DNA of 64,000 nt from Nymphaea colorata (lineage: Eukaryota): NCBI RefSeq assembly GCF_008831285.2, contig NC_045138.2, positions 5,828,001 to 5,892,000 of the forward strand, in the 5' to 3' direction. A program made the position numbers and the translations under genes. Positions 49,116 through 63,496 of the stretch are shown piece after piece. The notes beneath the pieces are model-generated. The model was not told the DNA's origin and searched no databases. It was given only the letters and a program-made list of their open reading frames with translations. Each line of letters starts with the position of its first letter. Positions within the stretch are counted from its first letter, which is position 1.

Positions 49116-52100
49116 CTATTGGTGGTGAAGATGACAACCCCCGAGAAACAACCCATCACATAGGTGCAGAACCACCCATAGGCAGGGAAAATGATAAAGA
49201 GGTGATACTAGAAAAACTCTTGTCCAATGGCTCCGAACAGAGTAGTATGACAGGCAAGCGTGATGTTTTTATTATCTCTATTGTAGGAGAAGGCGGGATC
49301 GGCAAGACTACTCTTGCAAAAATTGTCTTTAGTGAAGTCAAACAACAGTTCGAGGAACGTAGGTGGTGGGTTTGCGTTTCTGAGAGGCCAAAGGGTAAGG
49401 ATTTATTGCGGAAAATACTGAAGGAAGTGTGCCAGGAATCTAAAGCAGGACTTGATACTTCCTTGAGTGACTTGTGCACCCAAATACAAAGTGAGCTCTT
49501 GAAAGAAAAATTTTTGTTGGTCTTAGATGATGTATGGGAACTAGATTGATGGCAGGGAGAGGTAGAGAGCACTCTTATGAGAGGTGCAATGGGGAGCAAA
49601 ATTTTGATCACTAGTCGAAATATAGATGTCTCCAAAGGGATCGGAGCTTTATATATGCATAGATGGCCAATGTTGAGAGAAGATGAGAGTTGGAATTTAT
49701 TTTTGAACAAGGCATTGAGGACCGAAATTGATTTGGTGCGCCACAAGTTGCAAGATATTGCAAAAGCAATAGTCAAGAAGTGTGGTGGGTTGCCACTTGT
49801 GGTCCAAACAGTTGGGTCCTTAATGCGAACAAAAAACATGAAAAAAGCAGAGTGGAAGGAGGTTGCGGATAGTGTGATTTGGGAATGGAAGATGCCTGCC
49901 TCTTCCTCTTCCTCTCAATATGGTAGCATTCTTCCTGGTCTCATACTGAGCTACGATGACTTGCCGCCTTATTTGAGGAGTTGTTTTGTTTATTGCAGCA
50001 TTTTCCCAAAGAATCATGAGATCAAAAGGGAGGGATTGATCATGCAATGGGTGGCACATGGATTGATTGAGGAAAAGGAAGGCATAGATGTGGAAGTGAC
50101 AGGAAACCAATACATTGAAGAATTGATAAGGCGTTGCTTGATTGAAGAAACCGATGTTAGATATTATGAGGGCACATGTCTCAAGTTGCATGATGTTTTG
50201 CATGGGCTTGCCTCATATATAGGTGGAAAGGAATATAGGCATGCGTCTGCTACTGAGCAAACCCGCCATTTGTCATTACATGGTGAAGCGGCCATGCAAT
50301 ATAATGCCTCAGTTGCAGCAAACAAGGTGCGGACAATATTGTTGAGTGCATCCTTGTCTTCAGTGGAATTCACCAATTTTAAGTGGTTGAGGGTGTTGTC
50401 ATTGAGGGGATGTCAAATGGATGAGCTACCAAACTCCATTGAATGCCTTTCACTTCCAAAATATCTTGATCTAAGTGTGTCTAATGTGAGACGGTTGCCC
50501 AGTTCAATCGGCAAACTCTGTAACTTGCAAACATTGGATTTAAGTGATGCTAAAATTGAAGAGTTGCCCGAGGAAATGGGTGAACTGTGCAACTTGAGGT
50601 ATCTTGGGCTGGAAGGAACAGAGTGTTTGAAATTTATTGCAGAAGGCTTGGGGAAGCTTACCAATTTATGGACCTTCCATAAGTTTCTGGTATGCAATGA
50701 CAAAGGGGACACAAGGGGATGCAATATTGGGGAACTAAAAGACTTGAACAAACTGAAAGGGAAATTGGTAATAGAAGGTTTGGGTGGGGGAAGGGTGAAA
50801 GTTATTGATGCAGAGAAAGCACAGCTTAAGAATAAGCTTGAGCTAAATGGTGTGGAATTAAAGTTTCAGGTGGGAGAGGATGACAAAGTGGATAGTGCCT
50901 CTGAACAGAGGGGTTTGCTGGAGGCTTTAGAACCTCCACATGGCATAGAGAGGTTGAGAATTTGTGATTATGAAGGAGATAGGCCTGCATGGTTTTTGAA
51001 CACCAACTATGTGGAGCTGCAGACACTATGCCTGGAACGTTGCCGATCGTGGGCAACAGTGGTAGGAATCAAATCATTAGAAAAATTGGACATCAAAGCC
51101 TGCCCAAAGCTGTATGAATTACGGTGCTTGCCTTTGCTAAAGTCATTGAGTATTTTAAGCTGTGATGGACTCAATACAATTGCTGACATGGCTGCTCTCA
51201 AATCCTTGGAGGTACCTCCATCTAATAGGCTGAAGACTCTTGCTAATATGCCGTACTTGGAGTCGTTGGAAGTGAAAGGTTGTGGCAGCCTAGAGCGAGT
51301 AGCTGAGATGCCCGCACTTAGGTCACTGAGGGTGGTTGGATGTAATATGTTGAAGACTCTTGCTAATATGCCAGCCTTGGAGTCGTCGGATGTGAGAGCA
51401 TGTGGCAGCCTAAAGAAAGTAGCTGAGATGCCTGCACTCACATCACTGAAGGTGGTTGGATGTTATATGCTGACGACTGTTGCCAATATATCGGCTTTGG
51501 AGTTGTTGGAAGTGAGAGATTGTGGCAGTCTAGATCAAGTAGCTAAGATGACCGCACTTAGGTCACTGAGGGTGGTCGGATGTAATATGCTGAAGACTCT
51601 TGCTAATATGATAGCCCTAGAGTCATTGGAGGTGAAAGATTGTGGCAGCTAGAGCAGGTAGCTGAGATGCCTGCACTCAGGTCACTGAGGGTGTATGGAT
51701 GTAATATGCTGAAGACTCTTGCTAATATGCCGGCCTTGGAGTCATTGGAAGTGAGAGATTGTGGCAGCTTAGAGCAAGTTGCTGAGATGCCGGAACTCAG
51801 ATCATTGGAGGTGGACAGATGTAAGAGGCTGAAGACTCTTGCTCATGTGCCTGCCTTACGGTCGCTGCATGTGCATCAGTGTGGTAGGCTAGAGCAAGTT
51901 GCTGATGATCGCATGCCAGACTTGGAGTCATTGAAGGTGAAAGGTTGTGGCAGCCTAGAGCAATTACCTCATGACATACCTGCTCTCAAGTCATTGACAA
52001 TGCACGGATCTGATAGGCTGACTAATATGCTGGCCTTGGAGTCGTTGAATGTGAGAGATTGTGGCAGCGTAGAGCAAGTAGCTGGGGTGCCTGCACTCAG

Positions 52101-53097
52101 GTCACTGAGGGTGTGTAGATGTAATGGGCTGAAGACTCTAGCTAACATGCCTGCCTTGGAGTCGTTGGAGGTAAGATATTGTCACAGCCTAGAGCAAGTA
52201 GGTGAGATGCCTGCTCTCAAGTCATTGAAGGTGGACAGATGTGATGGGCTGAAGGCTCTGGCCAACATGCCTGCCTTGGAGTCGCCGGACGTGAGAGATT
52301 GTAACAGCCTAGAGCAAGTAGCAGATTATCACATGCCAGCTTTAAAAAGATTGAGGTTGTCTGACCTAAACACTCTGAAGCAGCTCCCTACTCGCCTTCC
52401 TTCACTTGAGGAACTGATAATGGAGAATTTGGCCAACTGGGAGGGGTGGGCAGCAGCTGCAACAGGGGAAACAATATTTACTTCTATGCCATGCTTAAGA
52501 GAGGCGTATTTTTACAAATGTCCAAAGATGCAGACACAAGGCATGATTGATGAGTTGGCACGGCTCCAAACTCTGAGAGTGACGAAATGCCCAAGTGCAA
52601 GATTGGGATGGAAATTGCTTAAAAACATGCCTAACCTCATTTACTTGGAACTAGATGGACCAGCTTTGGAATCAACACTGCCATCACCATTGTCATTGCA
52701 GGTATCAACATTTCTACCCTCCCTCGAGTCTCTCACATTGAAGGATAACAACACTGAAGATCTCAAATGGGGAAAGGTGCCTGAGTCGGTGTGGGGTCTC
52801 TCCCAACTAAAGGAATTGAGACTCGAAAGCTTCACTGAGGACATCAGCTTGGGAGGCCGCTGGCAATGCCTTCCAAAACTGAAAGACCTTCGGCTTTCTG
52901 ACTTCCCCAATCTCAAGTCTCTTGTGGACGTCAATAATATTACTCCCCAACAAAATGAACCAACATGTCCCACAGATGCACAGGAACAGATCGCCTGCCT
53001 CTCAAAGCTTGATTGCATACATATTTCCACATGCCCCGCACTTGATCTGCTGCAGGTTAGAAAGAAGATGACTAGTGTTGCTATAAGATGTCACTGA
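49116..53097 (+). pseudogene. NB-ARC-LRR gene (NLR 2), close paralog of NLR 1, lacking the CC N-terminus; TGA at 49547-49549 and 1-nt deletion near 51649
   Basis: GEGGIGKTT, FLLVLDDVW, GSKILITSR, GGLPL, CFVYCSIFP, LHD, LEALEPP, extended LRRs. GATTGATGG vs paralog GATTGGTGG; GGCAGCTAGAG vs repeat consensus GGCAGCCTAGAG. Confidence 0.93.
51188..52390 (+). repeat. Coding tandem array: about 20 LRR units of 60 bp with a 120-bp higher-order period
   Basis: Alternating MPALESLEVRDCGSLEQVAE / MPALRSLRVVGCNMLKTLAN. Confidence 0.93.
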
Positions 53098-53409
53098 ACT
53101 TTTTCAGTTCATTTTAAATTGTCTGAAATGTGTGTGGTTTTTAAAATTGGTGTTGGTGGTTAAACATTATCTTTTTGCATTTTGTCATCTCTTTTCTCTC
53201 TCCCCCATATACACACCAGCACTACAAAACACTATATTGGCACTTGCTGTCTTGTCAACGCATCCCACCTTATCTTTTGAACTTAATTTAAAAAGTATCA
53301 GTATTATATATATATATATATATATATAGTCATTAGATTGGTACTGGCTATGATTTATGATACGGCAACGGCTATTGCGGTTTTTCCAATGAATTATGGT
53401 TCTGTTAGA

Positions 53410-54480
53410 GGTTGTTTGAATGCCTTGAATGTTGATTTTATAATTGAAATTGTAAAAACAAAATTCTACCACAAACTGGAATTCAAATGAAAATTCCACT
53501 TCTAATTTTCCTTTGTGTTTAATAATATGAAATTTTGATTTTAGAATTGAAAATGATATGTTTGATAAAATAGAAATTAAATTCCGTGATTGATGAACTA
53601 CAATCTTTGTAACATATACCTTAAGGAAAAATGAAAAAAAAAAAAAATCTAGAATGATAATTCTACCTCCTAAGACACGATCACAAGATTCTACAGCCAG
53701 CCCAAAATTCTGAAATTTGGCAACACAATTCCCATATCATAAAAAAAAGAATCCTAATTCTACAATTCTACAATTCTGTCCTCATTACATAATCACTTAG
53801 GGATGTCAATATATCCGATTTGAATCAGATAATCATACTATTCCGAAAAAATCAAACATTGAAACAAACTGAATATTCAACTAAGGAATCAGATCGGATT
53901 CGGCTTTATGAAATGATACCCGATCGGATTTGGATATACATAAAATCAAATTGGATTTGGATTTGGATTTAGATCACATTTATTTTTAAGCAAATATCCT
54001 ATATATAGTGCTCTTACATCTTGAAAATTAGCAAAATTTGGTTCAAAGTTCATAATCAGATTCAGATATGAATGTAAAAAATCAGATTCAAATTGTGAAA
54101 TCGAATTTCGGGTTCAGATTTGGATATGAGTTTTTTTTTTTTGTTTGTACTCAAATCCGAACAAAGATTGATATTAGTGAAAGCGAGAAAGAAAAATTAA
54201 AAGAGAAATCAAGAGAGAGTGAGCGAGAGAGAGACTAAGTGAGTGAGTGAGAGAAATGAAGGAGAGATAAATGAAGAGAGATTAATAGAAAAGCAAGAAA
54301 GCGAGATCTTAAGAGAGAAATTAAAGAAAAGAGTGATTAATAAAAAAAGAAGAGATTTTAAGAGAGAAATCAAAGAGAGAGATGAAGAGAGATTAATGAG
54401 AGAGAGACAAAATAATTAAAGAGAGAAATTAAAGAGAAAGATATTTAAAGAGGAGAGATAAATCGAAGAGAGTGTGAGGG
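53410..54480 (+). repeat. Segmental duplication, copy A; copy B is ~57600-58594 plus ~63129-63370
   Basis: Collinear blocks AATTGTAAAAAC.AAATTCTACC.CAAACT.GAATTCAAATGA, TTAGGGA.GTCAATATAT, GCAAATATCCTATAT, TTTGTACTC.AATCCGAA, ATCTTAAGAGAGAAATTAAAG..AAGAGTGATTAATAAAA. Confidence 0.85.
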
Positions 54481-56190
54481 GAATTGATAAGAAACATGGC
54501 AAGGGAAATTTTAAGAGAGATGTTGGAGAAAAGGGGAGAAACATAGATTAATAACAAAAAAGAATGACAGATTTTAAGAGTGAAATCCAAGAGAAGAGAG
54601 AGATCAAAGATAGAAAGCAATAAACGAGAGAGAAAAATATATTTTAACAGAAAAATAGAAGAGAGAGTGAGACACACATTAATAAAAGAAAAAAAATTAA
54701 AAATGAAATTGAAGAAAGATATCAAAAATAAAAAGAGAGAGAGACGGAGTGAGAGAGAGCATAAAAGAGAGAAAATATTAATAGATGAATCAAATAGGGG
54801 GAGAAAGAGAGAGAGATTAAAAGCTAATGATAAATTGATAGAGGGATGGAGAAATAGAGAAACTAAAGAAAGAGAGAGAAATTATGAAAGATAAAAAGAG
54901 ACATTTTAAGATAGACTTGAAGAGAGAGAAAGGCTAAAAAAGTGGAAGAGAAACTTTAAGTGAAAAATAGATAAGAGAAAAAGAGTGATCGAAGAATAAT
55001 CTATTCTGAAGAGAAAGCCTTTTTCCTCTGTGAGTACCCAGACTATTGGCAAGAATAGTCTACTGTAGAAGTTAATGAAAGTAGTTCTTCTTGTTCTCTT
55101 GTTATATCTCAATCCTATCGAGAATGTACTTCTCCATGAAAATACACTTTTGAGACACTAATAGAATGATCAATAGGTGACTATCAAGAGAATGAAGAAA
55201 AGAATGTGGTTAAAGTTGTGGTTTAAAAATAAAGAGTAAGTAGCAGAGATTTTAAGAGAGAAATCAAAAAGAGAGAGAAAGAGAGAGATGGATGGGAGAG
55301 GCAGAGAGAGAGATTAATAAGAAAATGAGATATTTTAAGAAAGAAAAATCAAAGAAAGGGATTGATAAAAGAGACAGGAAAATATATTTTAAGAAAGAAA
55401 TCGAAAAGAGAGAGATATATTAATAAAAAGGAGAAAAAACAACTTTAATAGATAAATAGGAGAGAGAGAGTAGTGAGAAAAAAGAAAGAAATTGAAAAGA
55501 TAGGGAGATAGAAATTGATAAAAAAAGAGAAAAGAGAACTTAAAATATTGATTAGAGAGACAGATTACCAGAAGAGAGAAAAGAGATATTTTAAGAGAAA
55601 AATTAGATTAATAAAAGAGAGAAAAAGAGATATTAAGAGAGAAATTAGGAAGAGGCAAAGGGAGATTAATAAAAGAGAAAAAAATATTTTAAGAGAGAAA
55701 TCAAAGCAAGAGAGATAGAGATCAAGAAAAGAGAGGAAAAAAAGAGATTTTAAAAGAGAAATTGGAGAGAGAAACCAAAACTAGAAAGAGAGGTTAACAA
55801 AAGAAGAGAGATAAAGAGAGAGAGGAAAAGATAAATTTTAAAATACAAATCAAAGAGAGAGAGAAGGAGATGTTTTAAGTGAAAATTTAGTGAGATACAT
55901 ACATACATACACACACATACACATACATATATATATAGGAGGAAAAGACATTTAAGAGAAATCAAAGAGAGATGAAGAGATTAGTGTATAAAAGAGAGAA
56001 AACTTTTAAAGGAGAAATCAAAGAAAGAGAGAGACAGAGAAGAAAAAGAGAGAGGTAGGGAGGGAGAAAGTGAAAAGAGAAACAGATTAATACAAGATAG
56101 AAAAAGTGAGATTTTAAAAAAGAAATCAAAGAGAGAGAGAGAAAGAGAAAGAACAAAGAGAAAAGGAAATCAAAGAGAGAGAGAGGGAGA
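54178..56190 (+). repeat. Purine-rich degenerate minisatellite, interrupted at ~55015-55245
   Basis: Same motifs as 41160-42045. Confidence 0.85.
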
Positions 56191-57682
56191 TGAATTCACA
56201 AAAGGTCTAAATCTAGCCATAGGACTGTTGGGTTGAATGTTAATTTTAAGGATGTGCACAAGGCAATCAGTTGGAGTAGCCTGCTCCAACTTGTCAATTA
56301 GCATCAATGCTTGAAATTTGCCCTTGATTTAATTTTTTTTTCTGGCAAGTCACATTGATAGCTGGATGCGGGAGAAGGTGACTAGGAGCTAATTGTCACA
56401 CAATCAAGTAGAAGGAACATAACAAACCTCAGTATTAGCTACTAGCATCCAAGATTTCTCCACCATCGTTATAGTAGAATAAAGATACTAGGAAAGATAT
56501 TTTTTTTATGGTATGACAAGTGGATGATTGAGCTTCAAGAAAATGAATTGCAATCAAGCCAAAACAATGAAGAACAATTTTTAACACAAATGGAAGAGGG
56601 GGGTGGGAAGATCTCAAAGAGGTACAAGCCCTTCCCCTTCCCCCTTCCCTCTGCCTCCAAGGTCTTGGATTGCTTCGGGATCTGAGTAAACTTATAATAT
56701 TACTCCTTTCAACTTGAAAAGTAGTGTACGCCACCACTTTGCAGTCCAGAAAAGCAGTGTCAATGAAAATCCAATTGAAGACCAGACTTTCGCACATATT
56801 ATACATTGTGTAGAGTAGTAGAAAGAAGACACAACAACAACTCACAACATTAATAAAACGGGAAATAATTAGTCAGAGAAATTCGATCCTACACATTCAA
56901 GATGGTAATATGTTACCTAAAATGGTAAACCTCACTATGTACAAATGGAGAATATTGAACCGAATAGACCCATTATTATGCAATAAGAATCTCACAAGGT
57001 TGAGCTAAAATGATGTCAATTTCCCCTTGGTCTCCTTTATTTCCTTACATGCTAAGCGTCTTTACAAATTCTTAGGTTCTTATGGCCATTAATGTCTGTG
57101 AGGGGTGATCAATCACTTTAAGAATATGGGCTTTTAAACTGAGTGAAGTGAGTCTTTGTTCATTTTTTATTAATGGGAGAGAGAGAAAGCTCTTTGGTAG
57201 TAAGAAGCGATTGTGTCAAGGGGTTCTCAACTGCTTTTCATTGCATGTAGTATTTGAGATGTTCTCAAGACGTCTTAGAAGAGAAGTTCAGAGAAAGAAC
57301 TTGCTTCTCCAAGTATATCTTCTGCTGGTGGCATGATAACTGTTAATAGCTGAGCCAAGATCTGTTTTTCTACTAAAAATTTGTGAAGAGCTTGCAGGCA
57401 ATGTAGGGCTATGTATTAATAATCAGAAGTCATCCTTTATTGTCTTCCATGTTCAAAGCAAAGTATGTACAAAAATTGCTGGCTTTTTGGGATGGGGCAA
57501 AAATTCTTGACCATCCCAAGTGCAAGATCGGTATCAGCCAAGGTTTAATGTGCGGCAACTGTTTATGGTAGTTTTAGTGATAAATTATGGTTCTTAAGAG
57601 GCGTTTGATGGCCTTAAAATTGTAAAAACTAAATTCTACCTCAAACTAGAATTCAAATGAGAAATCCACTTTTAGTTTTCCT

Positions 57683-57873
57683 CAGGGGCGGAGCCAGAAT
57701 TTTTTTCAGGGGTTAGCCAAACGGTCCACAGGTCGGGCTAAGAGGAGCGACAGGTCGGGCCAAGAAGAGCGACCGATCAGGCCAAACTAAAAAAATTTGT
57801 TTCTTTAATATAAAAAAAATTCCTACGCTCACCCGCGCCATGGCCCAGGTGGCCCCCCCTTCCCTCCCCCCTG
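57683..57873. mobile_element. hAT-type MITE, 191 bp
   Basis: TIR CAGGGGCGGAG / CTCCCCCCTG; TSD GTTTTCCT / GTTTTCAT; absent at the paralogous site near 53505-53512. Confidence 0.9.
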
Positions 57874-58594
57874 GTTTTCATTTGCATTTAATAATCTGAA
57901 ATTCTGGTTTTAGAATTGAAAATGTCTTGTCTGATCAAACAGAAATTCAAATTCTATAGTTGACGAATTACAACCTTCATAACATGCATGCGTCCTCAAG
58001 AAAGATGAAGAAAAAATATAAAATTTTAGAATTACAATTCCAAGCCCTAAAGTACAATCACAATTCTAGAATTTTGATTCAACAATGAACCAATAATTCA
58101 AGAATCACTATTCTTCAATTGATAATGCAATTCTCATTTCATCAAAAAATGAGAATTTTGATTCTTGAAGTCCATAATTCTGACCTCATCAAATACTTTC
58201 TTAGGGAAGTCAATATATGAGATTTGAATAGCATATCCAATCTGATTAAGAAATCAGATCGGATTCAGCTTTAAGAAATGACATCCAGTCGGATTCAGTT
58301 ATACATAAATATTCGATTGGATTGGGATATGAATCCGGATCAAATTTATTTTTAGCCAAATATCCTATATGCAATGCTATTACATTTTGAAAATGGGCCA
58401 ATTTGGGTTCAATATTCAGATTTGCATTCTGATATGAATGTAAAAAATGGATTTAAATAAAATTCAGATTGTAAAATTGGATCTAATTTGGGAATTGGAT
58501 ATTGTTTGTTTGTTTGTACTCGAATCCGAATGGAGATGGGTGCTAAAAAAAGAGAGAACAAAAATTTTGAGGGTGATATCAAGGAGAGTGTGTG

Positions 58595-61500
58595 TAGGGC
58601 TGCACACGAGCCGAGTTGAGCTCGAGCTCGGCTCTACTCATGTTTAGTCACCTCGAGCTCGACACGAGCTTCACAACTTCAGCTCGAGCTCGACTCGAGC
58701 TGCTGCCTTCGAGCTCGAGCTCGACTCGAGCGGCTCGTTTAAACAATTTAGTTATCAGTAATGCCTTTTCCGCTGCATCCGAGGGCTTGCAGCATGCATG
58801 GGTGAAAGTGTCACTTACGACGTGGAGAGGAGGAAAGGCGGTGTGTTGGGAAAAGAGAAAAAAGGAAGGAAAAATGAACCATGACCGTGGTGAGGAAAGA
58901 GAAAAACGGGAGGGAAAATGAAAAAGTAATTCATTGATTAAAAAGTGTAATAATGATTGTGGGGTATAATAATGAGGTTTAAAGAAAAGTGGCTGTGTGG
59001 GTGAAGAGAGGGAAAATAAAAAAACGTAAAACAAAAAAAAATGAGATTAAGCTGCATGGGTGAAAGTAAAAAAAGGAGGGAAAATTAAAAAAGAAAAATA
59101 AAAAATGATATTAAAGTCCAGTCGAGTTCGACTAACTCGAACTTGACTCATTAACATACTTGTTAACACCCTAAATTTTTTCACATCAAAATTGAAGCAA
59201 AGTGAAAATTTCATAAAAGAATTGTGAAAATTTACAATTTCAAAGTCAATTTCGAATCTAAAGAACAATTAGATTCAAATCGTGAATTTAACCTGAGACA
59301 CGAATCCCAATATAGGATTACGAGTCCAAATCCAATTGCAAATGTCATTTGAAATCCAAATCCAATTGCAAATGTCATTTGAAATCCAAATCCAATTGCA
59401 AAATTCAAATTTTGACTTAGATCCAAGAATTGGATCTAATTCAGTCTACAATGCTACGTGGGACCCACGTGTGGGCCCACCTAACCCGTGTGGTCAAGAG
59501 CCCCCCAGGGGCCATGCTCCTTCCATTTAAAAAAATAAATAAATAAAATAAATATTTTATCTCAAATTAATTGAAGAAAAGTCATTTTCAAGAAGAAATA
59601 AAGGAGAAACCTAGGAAAAGGGAGACATTTATGTCTCTCTCTTCTTTAACCAGGTCCTCTTTAAAGAAAAAATCATTTTCAAGGAAGCAATTATTAGACT
59701 GGTCAAACTCACCTAACCTACTTAATGCAAGTAGGTTCGACCCTAGTGCACCCAAATCTTAGCTAGGCTCAGTCAACATGAGCTCAGCTCGGCCAAAAAG
59801 TAGGTATGTCTCACAATCCAAGTTTTGGACGAAAATAGACTTTGACCGAACCAAACCCACTTCGACTAAACTCAGTCAAAGTACAATTTAGCTCAATTAA
59901 GAGCTTTCTTGATCCAAATTTATCAAATTACCTCAAATAAAGTCAAACTACTCGCAAATGAGCTTTGACTTTGGTCAATTGATCGAAATTGATCAATTTG
60001 GATAATTTTGCCCTTCTGTGGTCAAATTAAGATTAAAAAGCCTAAATTGGTTTATGAAAGACAAATAAACATTTGAATTTGTCAAATGTATGAATCAAAT
60101 ACCAAATTTAAATTGAATTTCTCAAGTGAAAGTTTGATTCAGTTGAAATCCATTTTCAATCAAGTTTTGGACGAAAATACCCTTTTCAAATCAAATTTGA
60201 TAAAATTTTTGAATTTTATTAAAATTTAAATTGAATTATCATAATTCAATGGAATTTAGAGCTTAGTAACTAGGTTTTAACCTTACATGCTCGATTTCAA
60301 ACAAAAAATAAATAAATAGTACAAAATAAGAGCAAAACCCTGTGCAAGGGCATTTTTGTCCAAAATTTTGGTCAAGATGGTCACCTAGGTCTGAACCTAT
60401 GTTGACCAAACCTAGCCCAGCCCACCTAGCTCGTGGAAATGGGCTGAGAAATGGTCAATTGGGACCTTTAAAGCCTATTTAACTCATTTTACAAGTCCCC
60501 AAGGTCTTAAGCAAGTTCCTAAAGTGAGTTAAGAAGGTGGTTGAACCCACCTCCTCCTCTATATAAACCTCCCTTTGGCCACCAAGGGGAGAGACGAAAT
60601 TTTGGAGCATTCTATCAAATTGCTGCAGCCAAGGAGCTAGGAGGGAGAAGCCAATGAAGAGAGAAGAGGTTCGTCCAAGCCCTCTTCCCCTTTTTCTCCC
60701 ATTCTCTTCTTCACTTTCTTTTATTCTCCCCATTGATTTTGCTAAGTTAGGGTGCTTAAGTGAACCCTTACTTAGGATTTTCATGGTGAGAAGCCCTCTT
60801 TACCACTCCAAATTCCAGCAAGCAAGCTATTTCTTATTTTAGCTTTGCTAAGCTTGAATCCACGATTGGATTCTTGCTTAGGATTGCTTGAGTTAGAAAA
60901 CAAGCGAAGACGAAGGACAAACATCAAAACCAACCGCAAGGTAGGTGATCTTAACTCATTTCTCTTCTACTTTAGCTTATTGTTGATTTATTTTGATTCC
61001 AGCAATTCGTGGGAGGGTTTAATTTCATTTGCTTACGGCTGGGAATGATGTCCAGTTAAGGGAAATCTACGCTTCAATGTACATGTTAATGCATAATGCA
61101 TACATATGTCGTTTTTTTTTCTTAAATATGAACCCAAGTATCAAATTTTGAAATGGGCCCCAAGGCCACGTCCTTTTCAAAGGAACCAACTTAATACCAT
61201 TTTGAACTTCCTACCATGAGAGAATCCCACGGTGAGAGAGTGATATTGCTACGCCATGTATGATGAAAATGCCTATAAGGGAAGGATACGTTTTTATGAA
61301 TGTGATCCACCCTTGCATGGCGAAATGATAGACGAATAAGCTTGAGCATTGTTTTATTTTCTTTCTTATTCACAGTCATTTGGATTCATGTCTTTCAATT
61401 TAATTGATCAAGGGTAGTAGGGAAGATTTGAAACAAATTTTCAATCTTCTTACATAAAAGAACCCACCCATGAATCATCATGATTCATGAGTCATGCGGT

Positions 61501-63128
61501 CCATTGATAAAATTTCATTTTGAAGAGTAAGGTATGTATATATATATACATTGTTATATACATATACATACATGTGTCCAATCTCTTGTTGAAAATCATT
61601 TTTCTTCTCTTAAAATCAGGTTGGAATACGTTTCCAAACTGGTTTTTAAGAATGATGATCGTTTTGATTAATTTTCGTAGTGCAAGGCTATGAAATCATT
61701 TTCATTTCATTTTTACTTAATTTCAGCAAACCCATATGTAAGATGTATGTATGTTGTTGAAATCAGACCATACTTCATAGGAATTGGTTTAAGAATATCA
61801 AAATTTACATATTTGAAATACCAACCATTCTAGAATCATCCAAAGGAGTTGATAATTTCATTACTACGAAATCTGGAATTTGCATAGATTTGAAAAACTC
61901 ATTGTTTCTATCTAAGGAACGAGTCCTTATTGGAATCAATGTCCACAATTTTCAACTATTTAAATCAACACAAGGTCTGATTTTTAGCTATTTTGAGACA
62001 AAAGTGGACGTCATCCATATCTCCCATCCATTTCAAAGATTGAACTTGACATCATTTATATATTTTCATCATTTTGATAATTTTATGTCAAGCCTCAAGC
62101 TTATGGACTATATCTGTAATTCATGTGCTTAATTATATAATGAGCACATAAAGAGAAAGTCCTACATTTTAATCATTCTTCATGCATAGATTGTATGACG
62201 TGCAATATGAATTTTGAGAGATTATGAGAGAGTGAAGAATGTATGTTTCATATGAATGAATTTTGAGAGATTATGAGAGAGTGAAGAATGAATGTTTCAT
62301 ATAGTTTCCCTTCTCGTTTCATGCATTCACTTTCACTCAAAATCAATAGCATCACATGCACATTCTCAAGAAATTAAGTTATTCAAATTTGAGTTGCAAA
62401 AAGTGACCAAGTCATATTGCAATGAGAATTTGTAAACCTCACTTAACTTCAAAAAAAAACACAAGCAATGCATTCATAATCTTTTGGTCAAAGTGCATTT
62501 GAAAAACAACATGTTTTCTAACAATTTGGAACCTATATTCTTTCAAAAGAATGAATTCTACAAATTACATGATTTGACAAAAGAAGAGTTCAAGATCAAA
62601 TTTTATCATAAGATGATCATCATCATCTAGAGTTCACAACAAAGAACTCAATTCTAAATCTTCAAAATCCTCAAGAATTATGTGTTTCAAATAACACCAA
62701 AACAAAGGTTTTTAAACCAACTTGAAAACCTCCAATATTCAAATTCATTGAAAAAATGAATTTCGGTTCTTGAATCCAAAAACCTCAATGCATAAGCATA
62801 TAGGATTTGCATCAATAACTCGTATATGATCCAAATGATCCTTAGTCCTTGGTCTAATTACTCCTGTTAAAGGCGGCAGGAATGGTTGGACCTCGTACCG
62901 ATGGGCGAATCCCTTTCTCTTGAAAACTTTCTCAAAACCCCAAATTCTAAAAGAATTTTGCTGACTCGCATTTTGACCTCCTTGAAAAAGGGGTGGGGTG
63001 CGAACAATACTCGAGTTTATATTTAAGCTCGAGCTTGACTTGTATAAAAAGCGAGTCGAGCTCGAATCGAGTTTAGTCGAGTGAGTTGGATTCGAGCCTG
63101 AGTTGGCTTGACTCGTTTTGCAGCCCTA
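58595..63128. mobile_element. hAT-type MITE (about 680 bp net) split by a solo LTR
   Basis: Perfect 10-bp TIR TAGGGCTGCA / TGCAGCCCTA; TCGAGC subterminal repeats; flanks AGTGTGTG / AGTGAGAG (6/8). Confidence 0.88.
59161..63006 (+). mobile_element. Solo LTR, 3846 bp (size suggests Ogre/Tat Gypsy lineage)
   Basis: TGTT..AACA termini; perfect 5-bp TSD ATACT (59156-59160, 63007-63011); no coding domains; TATA-like CTATATAAA near 60559; 30-bp tandem repeat at 59326-59402. Confidence 0.88.
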
Positions 63129-63496
63129 AGTGAGAGAGAGAGAGGGGGAGAGGGGAGAGAGAAATCAATGAAAGAGAAAAAGAAATCTTAAGAGAGAAAT
63201 TAAAGGGAAAGAGTGATTAATAAAAGAGGAAGAGAGGGAGATTTTGAGAGAAAAATCAAAGAGAGAGATGAAGTGAGATTAACTAAAGAAAGAGAGAAAA
63301 ATAAAGAGAGAAATTAAAAGAGACAAAGATATTTAAAGAAGAGAGACACATCGAAGAGGGAGATAGGGAGAACATTTATAAAAAAGAAAAAGAAAATTAA
63401 GAGTGAGGGAGAGCTAGAGACTGATAAAAGAGAGAGAATGAGAAGTTTTAAGAGAGAAATCCGTGGGAGAGATCGAAGAGAGAGAGACTAACAAAT

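Noticed and set aside
54429..56156. K/R/E-rich and F/L/S-rich ORFs
   Set aside because: Translations of the polypurine minisatellite.
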